Positions 14,340-26,641 of a stretch of DNA of 64,000 bases are shown piece after piece (position 1 is the first letter of the stretch; every line of letters begins with the position of its first letter). The position numbers and the translations under genes are program-made. The notes beneath the pieces are model-generated. The model saw nothing but the letters and a program-made list of their open reading frames with translations, had not been told where the DNA came from and did not search any database. The stretch covers positions 26,846,001 through 26,910,000 of the forward strand of contig CM060734.1 in assembly GCA_030704615.1 (NCBI GenBank), written 5' to 3'. The stretch is from Takakia lepidozioides. Lineage: Eukaryota > Plantae > Bryophyta.

Positions 14340-17300
14340 CGATTCTTGCATTTGTGAAGGAACAAGTTCTCGGGTTGAGAAAGTCTTCGAGGATGAGATG
14401 ATGGGGCAGGATGAGGCCTTGTCATTGACTGAGCAGGTAGGGAGTACTGCTCAAGAAGATGCAACATAGCAACCACTGGACGCGTCCTCTACCTCTAAGC
14501 CCACTGGACTTAAGGTTGCAGTTACAGAGGACAATTGAGAGCCTGACATTGGACCCATTGTCACCGGAGGAGAGAGACGACGTATACGGCGGTTCCTGAG
14601 GGCTTACAAGAATTGCTTTGCCTTCAGTTTGAAGGACTTGGGAGCATTGAAGGGTCAAGAGATCCGTATTGAGTTGGCCACTGACACGCCAATCTTTCGG
14701 AGACCCTATAGATATAGTGACATGGAGAGGTCTTTGATTCAGATGGGACTCAAGATCTCTGGGAGGCAGGTTTGGTGGAGCTCTCTGGTGGAGAGTATGC
14801 TTCAGCCATAGTGATGCCAGCCAAGAAGGATGTCTATGGCAATTGGACGGAGAGACGTATGTGCGGTGATTACCGGCCTATAAATCGTCAGGCCAAGTCC
14901 GATAAGTATGCCATGCCAACACCAGAGGAGATCTTTGATGCCATCGGGCATGCTAAGGTTTTTAGCACTTTGGATTTACGATCCGGATATCACCAGTTGC
15001 CGATCAAGGAGGCGGACAAGCAGAAGACGACATTCTGGGGGATCAATGAGCATGGCAAGGATTGCCAATATCAGTGGCGGTTCTTACCATTTGGGCTTAA
15101 GAACGTTCCTGCAAAGTTTCAGAGAGTCATGGATAGGATTCTAGTAGGGGTGGACTTTGCTCGGTGCTACATAAATGACATCATCATCTTTAGTGCTACG
15201 GTGGAGGAGCATGAGAGATACCTTCAGGTGGTGTTGGAGCGCTTGAGAGTGCACGGATTGAAGTTGCATTCGGGGAAGTGCAAGTTTTGCCACAACCAGA
15301 TTGAGTATCTGGGTCATATGATATATCCTGGAGGATTGGGGTAACAGCAGACTAAGGTAGAGGCCATTGCACAAATTCCACGCCCCACGGATGTGAGCCG
15401 AGTTCGAGCTTTCATGGGGTTGGCAAACTATTATAGACGGTTTGTCAAGGGATTTAGTGCCATTGCAAAGTCTCTAACCAAGTTGACCAAGGTGGACCAG
15501 GAGTGGCAGTGGGAAGATGAGCAGGAACCAGCTTTTCAAGAGCTCAAGGCGAGGTTGACCTCGGCGCCTATCCTAAGACAATCTATCAGGGGGCGTCCCT
15601 TTCAGCTGCATACGGATTGGAGCATGTTGGGGCTTGGAGCGGTGCTCACACGGGTGGATGATGAGGGAAGAGAGTTCGTAGTGGCTTATGTTAGCCGCTC
15701 GAACAACGTTGTAGAGGCTAAGTACAGCTCATATGAGGGAGAGTGCTTAGCTGCGGTGTGGGCCGTGGCACACTTTAGGTGCTATCTATACGGCAATCTC
15801 TTCACCCTTGTCACGGATCACCAGCCACTCAAGTGGTTGATGGAGTCAGACAAGCTTACGGGGAAGCTTGCACGATGGGCACTCATACTCCAGGAGTATG
15901 ACTTTCAGGTTGTGCATCGACCGGGTTTGGTCAATCGCGATGCGGATGGATTGAGTTGCAAACCATGCACGAGCCATCAGGATGACACTGGAGCTCGGTG
16001 GCATGGTGAGACAGACGAGGAGATGGTATCGGGATGGCACGCATCTGCATTTTTATGTATCTTGGCATCGGGAGGTCAGGTTGGACCTACAACGGGGATG
16101 ACTGTAGACGGAGTGTCTGAGGACCCTGAGGCTAGTAATGAGCCAGGTGGTGCCAGAGATATACATGAGGATTCGGCTATGTTGGACTACCTCCGCACGG
16201 GAGACACGACAGCCACTGTGACTGCCAGGGAGAGGGATCGGATCTTGCAATGAGCCAAGAGGTTCAAGTGGGAGGGGATACACCTGCTCCGAGTATGGGA
16301 GGATGGTCGAGTGAGGATTGTGCCTCACCCCACATATCGTGCATAGTTAGTGCGGCATGCCCATGAGGAGTTGGGGCATTTTGGAGTGCGACGCACTCAC
16401 AGTTTACTGCAAGGGCAGTATTGGTGGCGTGGTATGCATACAGAGGTGCAATAGTTTGTGGCTAGGTGCATGGTGTGTGACAGGGTACGTGTTTCATTCA
16501 ACGTCCCTACACCACAGTTGCATCCTTTACCAATCATGGGATTGGGCTATAGGTGGAGTCTTGACTTCGCAGGACCGTTGCCACTGACTATGCGCCACCA
16601 CAGATATGTGTTGGTGATGGTGGAGCACTTCTCCAAGTGGATTGAGTTGGTTCCATTGCCTGACAAGGCTAGTGAGGGGGCTGCGTATGCATTCTTGGAT
16701 CGTGTGCTTAGCCGATTCGGTGCTCCAGCTGAGGTACTCACGGACCAAGGGAGAGAGTTCTTGGGGAGTTTCAGGCTTTGTGTGATAAAGCCTTGATAGA
16801 CCACCACACCACTTCTCGGGATCATCCTGAGGCCGATGGCTTGGCAGAGAGAGTTGTTCAGACGGTGAAGAGGGGTTTGCGCAAGTATGGCTTGCAGAAA
16901 GGACACCTAGGAGATTGGGATCTTCAGGTGCCTTGGTTAGCCATGGGCTACAGGTTCAGCAAACAAGCATCACTTGCCTCTTTCTCACCATATTTCCTTT
17001 ACTTTGGCCGAGAGCCGAATTTGTCTGCAGCCATTCGTAGGGACACTGCTCAAGTCCTTAACCTTGACGATCCGGACGTGTGGGTACGTGTATGTGATCA
17101 GCATGCAGAGTTGTTCAAGAAAGTCATGCCCATGGCTTTTGAGAACCTTGCCATTGCACAGCACCGTGATACGTTGAGGTATGCCACTATACGTGGTGGA
17201 GGATATTGTTCTGGGGTTCGACGGTTTAGCCCGAGTGACTATATTTATTTGCAGCAGACTGGTCGTACGACCCTGGATGTCACTGCAGGGCGTGTTATTC

Positions 17301-17602
17301 TGAGGGTTCGAGAGGTGTTGCCCTCAGGAGTCCTGATCTTGGAGGGTCAAGATGGCATGACTTAGAAAGACCATGTGCGTAATTGTGCGTCATGTCACCT
17401 TCCCAATGTCGATGGCAAAGTTGACCCAAACTTGGCAGTGGTACCTGCAGGTTTGAGGTGCATGCTCTGTGGGTCTGCCAAAGGGGCAGCCACCATGCTG
17501 GTGTGTGATCAATGCTCAAGAGGTTGGCATATGGGATGCTTGACATCACCTCTTGAGATGGTTCCTGATGGAGATTGGTTATGTCCATACTGCTTGGGAT
17601 AG
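14340..17602 (+). pseudogene. Ty3/gypsy pol, 5'-truncated and disrupted: RT, RNase H, integrase, C-terminal PHD finger
   Basis: RT: RMCGDYRPIN, LDLRSGYHQ, PFGLKN, YINDII. RNase H: LHTDWS, TDHQPL. Integrase: HHCC, LDFAGP, TDQGREF, GLAERVVQ. Several in-frame stops and frameshifts. Confidence 0.95.
17453..17602 (+). other. PHD finger (C4HC3) at the integrase C-terminus
   Basis: CMLC...MLVCDQCSRGWHMGCL..PL..VPDGDWLCPYC matches the canonical PHD pattern. Confidence 0.9.
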
Positions 17603-17860
17603 TGGCAGTGGACATGACTAGAGGCAGCACAAGACATGGGAGGCCAAGCTCATAAGAGTCAATACACGAGATCTCATGCTCAAGTTCACAGGTTGTAAGA
17701 CGGCGACTAACGATAGGGCAACTCTTGCACCCGGCCTCTTGATCTATCGAGTTTGAGTGTAGTAGGGACAGTGGTGGAGGACTTAGTGAGGCTATGGTCA
17801 CTATCACATCTTGTGGCTACCTGGACTTAGAGGGACCTAAGCACCAGCTAGGGGGGCGAT

Positions 17861-18048
17861 TGTGTGGACTAATGACTGCCATAGTGGACAGCATAGTGGC
17901 AGCCTAGTGTCTGACTAGTTGTAGCCTAATAGTTGGACTAGTGGTTGGACTAGTGGTGGACTAATGATATACTAGTGTGTAGTGTGCACATGTGTTGTGT
18001 GGTTTTGGACAGCGATGTAGTTGTGTAGCGATATGTATGCGTACGACA
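17861..18048 (+). mobile_element. Short 188-bp LTR-like repeat (copy 1) directly after the polypurine tract
   Basis: Preceded by TAGGGGGGCGAT; TGT...ACA ends; repeated at 18379-18566. Confidence 0.75.
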
Positions 18049-18050
18049 GC

Positions 18051-18377
18051 TGTCAAGTTATTTTACCACTAGTGTGAAACTAGCTAGGAAATAGCTAGCT
18101 TTTACATATTGACATTTGGGATTGGCCCAAGTATCAATCCAGGGATCAAGGCAGATTTAGGCCCTGGAGTTGGTATCTTCACGGCAAGCGCGGGAGGCTC
18201 ATCTTTCTCGAGTCGAGCCTCACCGCGCCTAGCTATGGCACCGTAGTGTGGATTCCCCATGGCGTGGGGTGCACTTGGCTTGACTTGTATTTGAGTGATG
18301 CGGTTATATATGCATGAGTTTATGCTTCAGCTTTGTGAGTTCGCATGAGCTTGTGCTTGTATTCTTCTTCTTTATCA
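18051..18377 (+). mobile_element. 5' 327 bp of an LTR-A family LTR
   Basis: Begins TGTCAAGTTATTTTACC and matches 32649 onward. Confidence 0.85.
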
Positions 18378-18378
18378 T

Positions 18379-18566
18379 TGTGTGGACTAGTGACTGCCAT
18401 AGTGGACAGCATAGTGGCAGCCTAGTGACTGACTAGTTGTAGCCTAATGGTTGGACTAGTGGTTGGACTAGTGGTGGACTAGTGATATACTAGTGTGTGG
18501 TGTGCACATGTGTTGTGTGGTTTTGGACAGCGATGTAGTTGTGTAGCGATATGTATGCGCACGACA
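18379..18566 (+). mobile_element. Short 188-bp LTR-like repeat (copy 2)
   Basis: Direct repeat of 17861-18048 with the same ends and a few substitutions. Confidence 0.8.
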
Positions 18567-18654
18567 TAAGAAATTAATTAGTTGGGCATTTGGCTAAAAT
18601 AATAGTTGTAAGCTGTAAGCTTAGGGTATTACAAGGGCAGAGCCCCCAGAGATA

Positions 18655-18731
18655 GGTGACATGAGTTGAACATTTGAAAATCAGATCCACAGGCCAACAC
18701 ACAAGTGCCTTACCACCAGGCCACAACCCTC
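18655..18731 (-). mobile_element. Possible tRNA-derived SINE head
   Basis: Minus strand has an A-box-like TGGCCTGGTGG and a B-box-like GTTCAACTC at plausible spacing; no cloverleaf. Confidence 0.35.
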
Positions 18732-19479
18732 TTCTGTAGTTTTACACACATACACAAAAAGTCTAGAAAAGGTAAAAAAATATTAGTGGATGAATCCCAT
18801 AACCGGTACCATGGAACCCGCATTTTTTAAGATGACATAACCGGTAGATTGAGAACCAGACAAAAAAAAATTTCTTGTGTTTAATGAGAACCAGTAACCG
18901 AGATGCTTTTTTAAACCTATTGGTATACCCTGCCCCGGCCATCCATTTTTTTCAAAGAGTAGGCTATAACCGGGACCGGGAGAGGGCTCAAAACATGGTA
19001 CCCAGCCAACACTAGTTTAAACCCGCTGCCCTGCCCCGTGTGTGGGATTGTTCGTGATGGTATGTCTGGACGTTGATCGTCTTGTAGGCCTCATGGCCCA
19101 TAAAATGAAAGGGGGTTAATTTTTCCCCCTCCTCAAGGGCCTGAATTGTGGGATGTCGCTCCTAGGTTTCCTTTATTTATTTTTAAAAAGAATAATAATA
19201 ATAATAATTAAAAAGGAACAACAGAAGTGGAACTTGATGGTAGTGACAAAGTACAATCAGGGTTTTTTTTTTAAGGATTTTGAAAAGGGGTACGAGTGGC
19301 TATATATATTGGGTGTAGGGTATCCCATTTCTCTCAAAAAACATCTTCTCTGCCACACTCAGGGCAGTCACTCCGATACCTGGGTACGAACTTCCCACAA
19401 CAACACTACCCAGGACACCCCCACCCGCCGCCACCACTACTAATACCCCCCCTACCCCCGTCCCGCACCCCAGCACTCT

Positions 19480-21710
19480 CACAATAACTTCCTAGAATGT
19501 TGGTTCCTTAGCCACCAGCATACAGAGCCTCCTCCATCTCTTCACAAAATCTTCACAGCCACACATTTTTCTCCTACAAGAAACCAAGTTACACATTACC
19601 AACACCAGTAGCTCCTACATAAATAAACTATTACCAAACTACTACATCCTATACGGCAACCCCTTGACAGCCCAACAATGCACCTTATGAAGATCCGCAC
19701 CCTACAAACCTACCCGGGGTGGTCTTGCACTAGGTATTCTTTGTACGCACCACTCCCCCAGCACCACCACCAAACTCACCATACCTCTCCCTCTCCGATC
19801 TCACCTTCAAATCATACAACTACACCCAATCCTTATGCCCGATCCTCCTCATACACCTGTACATGCCTTCCCATACGGATGACATTTCCCTTATACCAGA
19901 CATACTACACGCGAATAGACTCTACACCTCAACATCTATCACACCATTAGACGCGCCCTCTCCATCACTCCTACTCGCCCAACCCCCTCATATAACAATT
20001 GGCAAGTCGACCCACGTATTATTGCCTTGAACACCCTACCAATATGCCAACCATTAATGCCTCCCCCCACAGACCCGCTTGCTCTCCCCCAGTGGACCGC
20101 CTCTCTCTCCAAGATTGGAAGAGATGCCAAAAAAACTGCATATGCCATCACAAAGCATAAAGCCACCGAAAACCACAAAATTTTTGTCACTTCCTTTGGA
20201 AAGCGACTACACGACCACCCCAAAAGAGCTCACAAAGCCATCTTCAACCCCGCAATCAACCCACCTATCGACTGCATCAAACACAGACTTGGCCATATGT
20301 TAACCCACCCTGAGGATATTAGACATGAAATCTGGCTACAAGCTTCTGACTCATACACACCCACGGTCAATAACTGCTTGCACCCTAACCTACACCAACA
20401 CAACTGTTTATGTAAAGTAAAACACTGCCCATGGCATGATCTTCATGGCTTCTCACTTGAAAAGCGAGGCCGACCCGAAGACCACATCATTAACTTCTTT
20501 ACCCAGGACCTATTCAACTCATGCCTAAAAGCTCTTTCTAAATCAAAAGCCTTAGGCCCGGATCTAATCCCCAACGCCATCCTAAAGCACTTGACCCCTA
20601 GTTCCATTCTCTCATCTTTAAATTTTTTCAACTTTGCTACCTACTTCAACGTATCCCACTCTCCTGGAAACATAGCCGAACCATTCTATTATTCAAAAAA
20701 GATGACCCGACATATCTAAGTAATTATAGACCAATAGCCCTCGCCAACACAATCTATAAATTATTCACCAGTACCCTAACAAGGATGTTGTCTAATTACG
20801 GAGAACAACACCAGATTTTAAGCGACCCAAGAAGGGTTCCGGGCCACACGAAGCACAATCCGTCAGATACAATACATTATCTCTGCCCTAGAAGACGCTA
20901 AGCTTACCAAACAAGACATCTACCTCATCTATATCGACTTCAAAAACGCCTTTGTTCTCTGGACCACCCTAGATTATTGGCCATCATGTCGGACCTAGGT
21001 TACCCCCATCCAACTCATCGGTAACATCTACACCAACAGCACCACAGAATATTTTGGTTCCTACTATGGCTCCACCCCCCCAATTCCCATCCTACGCGGC
21101 ACCATCCAAGGGGACACGCTGAGCCCCTATCTCTTCATTATCTTCCTTGAACCATTACTAAGATGGCTCGCATGAGGCAACTTAGGATACCAATACAAAA
21201 CCTCTACTAACGAAATATCCGCAGCTGCTTACGAAGATGACCTCGCTATCCTAGCACAGAGCCACAACATCTCAACCGCCAAGTCGATAAACTCTCCCGC
21301 TTTAACCAACTTGAATGGTTAGGCATTGAACTGAGTCTTCACAAATGTGCGGTCACTGCAGCCACACATAATAGCAAATTCACTAAATCTACAATCGCCT
21401 CTCACTGCAAGCTCCACATCCGTTACCAACAAAAACCTTTTCTTTTTTTAGGTCCAAATGAACCCTACACATACCTAGGCATCCAACTAGTCCCATCGCT
21501 TACCTGGAACATCCAAAAACAAACAACCCTCTCTAAACTAAACAACAAGAGCCTAGCCCTTCTCAAATCCCCCATTTCCATTCGTCCCAAACTAGCTATC
21601 ATCCAACAAATCCTCCATCCACAAATCCAATACGCCTTTCATGTAGCCCCATTTTCCCTGCCTGACATTAGACAGCTGGACAAAAATATTATCCAACTCA
21701 TCACATCTCA
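19480..21710 (+). pseudogene. Non-LTR retrotransposon (Dualen/RandI-like) part 1: APE remnant and RT
   Basis: APE start: NVGSL...IFLLQETKL. RT: KALGPDLIPN, NYRPIALAN, YIDFKNAF, RGTIQGDTLSP, YEDDL, YLGI. Frameshifted, with an internal deletion. Confidence 0.85.
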
Positions 21711-22061
21711 AAGATCCCGAGCCACGGATTTTTGATCTTTGCTGTGCGAAATCCGGATTTTCAAGGGTTCGTACCTTAATCGCACGGATTCTACAACTTA
21801 TTAACAAACCATATTTATGTGTGCTTAATGCACGAGTGTGCTGTATCCGATTTCAACGCCGGTAACGTGCGAAATCCGTGTACATTGGCCTCGTACGATA
21901 CTTGTACGAAGATCGAATGCAATTGTCGTGTGGAATTTGTAACTAAATCTACACGAATAAATGACAAATTACATGTCATATTAGTGCACATCACTTGGAC
22001 ACTAAATCTACACGAATAAAAGACAAATTATATATGTCATATTAGTGCACATCACCTTGAC
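21711..22061. mobile_element. DNA-transposon-like fragment with CGGATT/AATCCG motifs and a ~60-bp tandem duplication
   Basis: Interrupts the LINE RT. ACTAAATCTACACGAATAAA...CACATCAC occurs twice (~21941, ~22001). Confidence 0.4.
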
Positions 22062-22639
22062 ATCATTTTGACACTCCTCACATCACATAATCGCTCCAGT
22101 TGAAGACATGTGAAATTTATGTCATCCTCTTTATGCCATAAATAATGCTTTGGTCATGTCAAAAAAAAATTCACCAAATGTTCATTTAGTATTAAAACAG
22201 TTTCTGCATAAAATCCTACAACAGACATTCAGCATGGTGGTAGTAGGCTTGAAAGAGTCACAAGTTTACTCAATTGAAAACTTGCAATACAACATTTATC
22301 GGCCATGAAGACCAAGTATACACCCTTTGAACCCTACATGCATGTACTTAAGAAACAATTTTCCTGAAACTGAAGTTAATGAACCCTAATGGGCTAAAAG
22401 CTTTGAACATCTTGTTGTGGGGTCAATGCGGCCAGGTGTATATTTCAACTAAGGCCAGGTGTGCTAAAAGCTAATTCTCAATTTAAAGCCACACATTCCA
22501 CAATTGAATATCCAATGTGTACCCCGAGGGAGTTGGAAGAGGTGGAGTGCACATCACTCTGCAACCATACAAACGGGTACATTGCTGTCGTTGAGACAAT
22601 CGGCCACCCCAGGGCCCACCACCGAGACCAGCCCGTCCA

Positions 22640-23142
22640 AATCTTAAGGTGAATTGACTTGAGGTTAGGAGCCGGTGTCCATCCGCAGTGGTGAGTTGGG
22701 CAAGGTTAGTGATATGTTGAGCTTTGAAGTAGGCGAGGATGTGTTTTTTCTGTTTAGGATGTGAGTTTTCAGATTGTGAGGAAGAGGGGCTATTGTTCCA
22801 AGCGCGTTCAAGTGGTGATATGGAGGTGGGATACAGGAAGATCAGTTTGGATGCTTATTTTCATTTGGAGCAAGTGAAGGAGGGTGCGGGCGATGGGTGA
22901 GTGGAGGCATGATTGGGGTTGGAGGGTGGGGAGGGAGTATAGCCCGTTGTATTTGGAGGCAAGGTGCTTGAGTAGTCCTTGGAAAATGAGCCCTAGACGA
23001 CCCGGGTCGTTGAGGGCTTCTAGGAGTTGTGTACCAAGTGGGCGGGCATATGAGATAAAAAAGGGAGTGGATCCTATGCCATAATTGTCTTGGGGGAGCT
23101 GAGTGAGGACGTTGGGGGTACTGGTAGGTAATCCACATATAC
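22640..23142 (-). pseudogene. Same LINE, part 2 (post-RT region), inverted
   Basis: ICGLPTSTPN...LLEALNDPGRLG plausibly continues DIRQLDKNIIQLI at 21700. Same C/A-rich sense-strand composition. Confidence 0.7.
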
Positions 23143-23559
23143 GTTTGCCATGTGCTACTCTGTCAATAAAGCTCAAGGCCGGTACAGATGTAAGTTGCTC
23201 CGTGAACTGAAAGCCTAAGTAATAAAGGGCATTGGGATTGTAATTTACTCTGTCGATGAAACTCAAGGCTGGTATAGTATATAAGCTGCCCCTTGAGATT
23301 TCTTGAGTACTTGGCTTCTGAAGGTATAGCAGATGAGCCTCATACACACGTAGCACACAACCCCACACCTCAAACAATTGCAGTTCCAGCCTACAACCAA
23401 CGTTTTCTTGAGCTAAAAACAGGGTGAAATGTGGTGAAGAAGGTGCCTTCATTAGCAGTGCCTGATTTTATCAATTGTGCCGCTGCTGTTGTGGCTTCCA
23501 GTTTCTTGTAGCTATTATCTGAGCTTGAAATCCGGCCCTCTTGCATGAATATGGACCAC

Positions 23560-24355
23560 CCCTTCCCCCATCACTTGCTCATAGGTCTCCAAAGCCTCCA
23601 TCCCGTGCCCCTGCTGTCCATACCCTGCCTGCAGCAACGTTCCACGCAACCACATCTCGTTCAGCCATAGTGTTGAACACTCCTTTCGCATCGTTGATGC
23701 TCCCATATTTGGCATACATGTCCACCAGAGCAGTGTTGATCAGGATGACATCTGGTACAATTGCAGATTTGATAATGTCACCATGGATCTCTCTGCCCTT
23801 TTCCAAGGCTGCCAGGCTCGCACACGCATTGCAAACGCACACAAACGTGATGTGGTCGGGCTTCACCCCTCCCCCATCATTTGCTCATAGGTCGCCAAAG
23901 CCTCCATCTCGCACCCCTGCTGTGCAGACCCTGCAAGCATCGACTTCCACGACACTACATCTCGTTTAGCCATAGTGTTGAGCATTCCTTTCGCATCCTC
24001 GATGCTAACACATTTGGCATACATGTCCACCAGAGTATTATTCAGGATGACATATGGTACAGTTGCAGATGATGTCACCATGGATCTCTTTGCCTTTTTC
24101 CAGGGCTGCCAGGCTTGCACACGCATTGCAAATGCACACAAACATTATGTGGTCGGGCTTCACCCCTCCCCCATCCTTTGCTCATCGGTCTCCAAAGCCT
24201 CCATCCCGCGCCCCTGATGTGCAGACCCTGCAAGCATCGAGTTCCATGACACCACATCTCATTCAACCATAGTGTTGAACACTCCCTTCGCATCCTCGAT
24301 GCTCCAACATTTGGCATACATGTCCACCAGGGCAGTGTTCAGAATGACATCTGGT
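23560..24355 (-). pseudogene. PLS-class PPR gene fragment, about three near-identical ~300-bp triplet repeats
   Basis: NTALVDMYAKYGSINDAKGVFNTMAERDVVAWN and GVKPDHITFVCVCNACASLAALEKGREIH; frameshifted. Confidence 0.9.
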
Positions 24356-26249
24356 AATCTGACAGGCATTCACCTTTTTGCCTCGATTGTCCCACCATTG
24401 ACTGGGGTCAAGTATTCATTCCACAGCTTCTCCTCCTCTCTATTACCTGTTTTTGGATACTTTCCTGTTGTCACAGTGGCAGTATCATGTCAAAGTCACT
24501 CCAAACTAGATTCACTCAACCAGCTAACTTGCAGAATTCAACATGGAATTTTAGGGCCAATTCTGATAAGAGGGAAGAACAAGATGAAATGTGTCGAAGA
24601 ATGTGCCTTGAGTAGCAATGTCTGATTTTATCAATTGTGCCGCTACTACTGTGGCTTCCAGTTGACCATCTACCCATGCAGGTTTTTTGTAGCTATCCTT
24701 CCACAGGGAATCATCGGTAATCTGGAGCTTGAAATCCGGCCCTCTTGGATGAATCTGGACCCCACACTATCCCTGCTCCTTCAGCTGTCCATGCTTGAGA
24801 CTGAAATGTGTTGAAGAAGGTACCTTCATTACCTTCAGCAAACACCCCAATCCTACGTATTACAGTAGTTCCCATTTTGAATTGCATCTGCTTCTTACAA
24901 TGAGCTAACTTACAGAATTAAATATGCAAATTCAGGGCTGAGTCTGATGAGAGGGCAAAACAGGCTGAAATAGTTCAAAGAAGAAGGTGCCATCACCACA
25001 TTGTCCTCGACCTTCTGTCATGACCCATGGAGGATTGACTGACCATGAACCCAAGATGACCTCTTGTGTGTGCTGCTTGTGTCTGTAGTCAGGTAATGTC
25101 GGATTGGTCTGTGAGAACCACCACGGTGCAGCTAAGCGGGCAGAGATTGAAACACGGCCAGCTAAGACCAAGCTGACTCTCCCAAGAACCTTGTAAACAT
25201 CAGGAAGAATACCAAATCATGGTAATAGCAGGAGGCAAGAGCCCGCATTTGCAGGATGGACAAACTTCGTCACATCGCACCTCAAGAAAACGCCACACCT
25301 TGCGATTGCAGTTGTCCCACCATTGTGAAGGATCTCACATTGAAATCACATTGAATCACATCTCTTCTCCAAAATACACGTTGCAATGCTTGACAAAGCT
25401 CAAGCTCTATGCTGGAAAGCTTTGCTTGCAAGTTTTCAATCGTCCGCTCTGTCGTTTTTCCTGCTATGGCCCTTCCTCGAGCCTCCCAAGCTGCTGCTTC
25501 CCGCTCCACCTCTTCTTTCACTTCTAGCTCAGGCTTCACCCTATCCCCATGGCATCCAGATTTCTCCCCACTTCTCCCTACGTTGGTATCTAGGGTCACC
25601 TTTTCCTTGTACAAACTACATAGTTCTATAACCTTGCAGAGTGGCCTTCATAGTGAACAACTTTCATTTTCAAATCAGCTTCTGATCAAAAGAAGCAGCA
25701 TTGAAACCCTAGAAAAGCACTACAGTTGCAAAGCAAGCCTGGTTGGCCTTTGTTGGCTGTGTTGAGGAGGGAATTTCATCAACAGAATTACAGCCGAACC
25801 AGGTTTCGGTGATGGCCTTGAGAATTCATGGCAGCGCAGAGCTAACCGAACTCTTTGCACAGAAGAATGTCTGTTCTCATAGGTAGCACGATATCAAGGA
25901 GAGGCAACCTCTCTCGTAGACTCTCCACCTTTCATAATGGATGATGTTTCTCTCATCCACGAGCCAACGTTCATCTGAGTCTTTTTTCATCCATAATTGG
26001 AGGTTGAGATGGATATGTGTACGAATGAATGGATGGAGAACGGATTCCGGTGGATGGATGAAGGACAGTGGCACGCATGCTAGCAGTTTATTAACCAGCC
26101 TGCTCGCTCGCTCGCAGTTCAACCAGGCTGCTTCAACTCAGTGTTGACTGCGATGTCAATCTTGGCAGACTCCAACAAGAGGTGCTTCACCATGGAACCA
26201 AGCTTGGACGGAGTGCCGGTTTGTAGACATTATTAGCTTCATTGTCAGT

Positions 26250-26397
26250 AATGGCAGGGGAGAGTACCGACGAGTCAAGCGAGCCTTACAACGATGAACT
26301 CGAAGCGGAGGAGAAGGAAGCCGAGCTTGAAGCGGTAGCACGAACAAACCGCAAGGGATCTGGATGCAAGCGCGCTGCATCACATGATGACAAGAAG
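26250..26397 (+). pseudogene. Possible first exon of an ISWI-type chromatin remodeller
   Basis: EEKEAELEAVART resembles the acidic ELEAVAR N-terminus of plant ISWI proteins and is followed by an AAG|GTACGG donor; no further exons recognised. Confidence 0.35.
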
Positions 26398-26603
26398 GTA
26401 CGGCCTCCTCTCTTGTCTCCCTCTCTTATGTTTTGCATTTAGCATCTTTAACCTTTGGCCCTGCGACTATCTGGGAGAGGCAGAGAGGAAGAAAAGAACA
26501 AAGGATCTATCACCTGAGTCTTGTTGTTATTAGAGTTAGATTGTTTATTTGTCCTTTCTCTTGGGTTTGTTGTACCCTATGTCAGTGGACCTATGTGGAC
26601 GTA

Positions 26604-26607
<4 letters not shown>

Positions 26608-26639
<32 letters not shown>
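26608..26639. repeat. (CT)n microsatellite
   Basis: Direct observation; a second tract lies at ~27991-28017. Confidence 0.9.

Positions 26640-26641
<2 letters not shown>

Larger units (their letters stand above)
14330..19014. mobile_element. hAT-like unit with 9-bp TIR and 8-bp GTTTAAAC target-site duplication, enclosing a gypsy fragment
   Basis: GTTTAAAC(14322-14329)-TAGTGTTGG ... CCAACACTA-GTTTAAAC(19015-19022). AACCGG-rich right arm at ~18800-19014. Confidence 0.6.

Noticed and set aside
13542-18377. DIRS-like element with inverted terminal repeats around RT/RNase H
   Set aside because: The pol has a DDE integrase and no tyrosine recombinase; the inverted copies are separate LTR-A fragments pointing outward.
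19355-19390. Ribozyme-like leader before the Dualen-like LINE
   Set aside because: Could not build a convincing secondary structure by eye.
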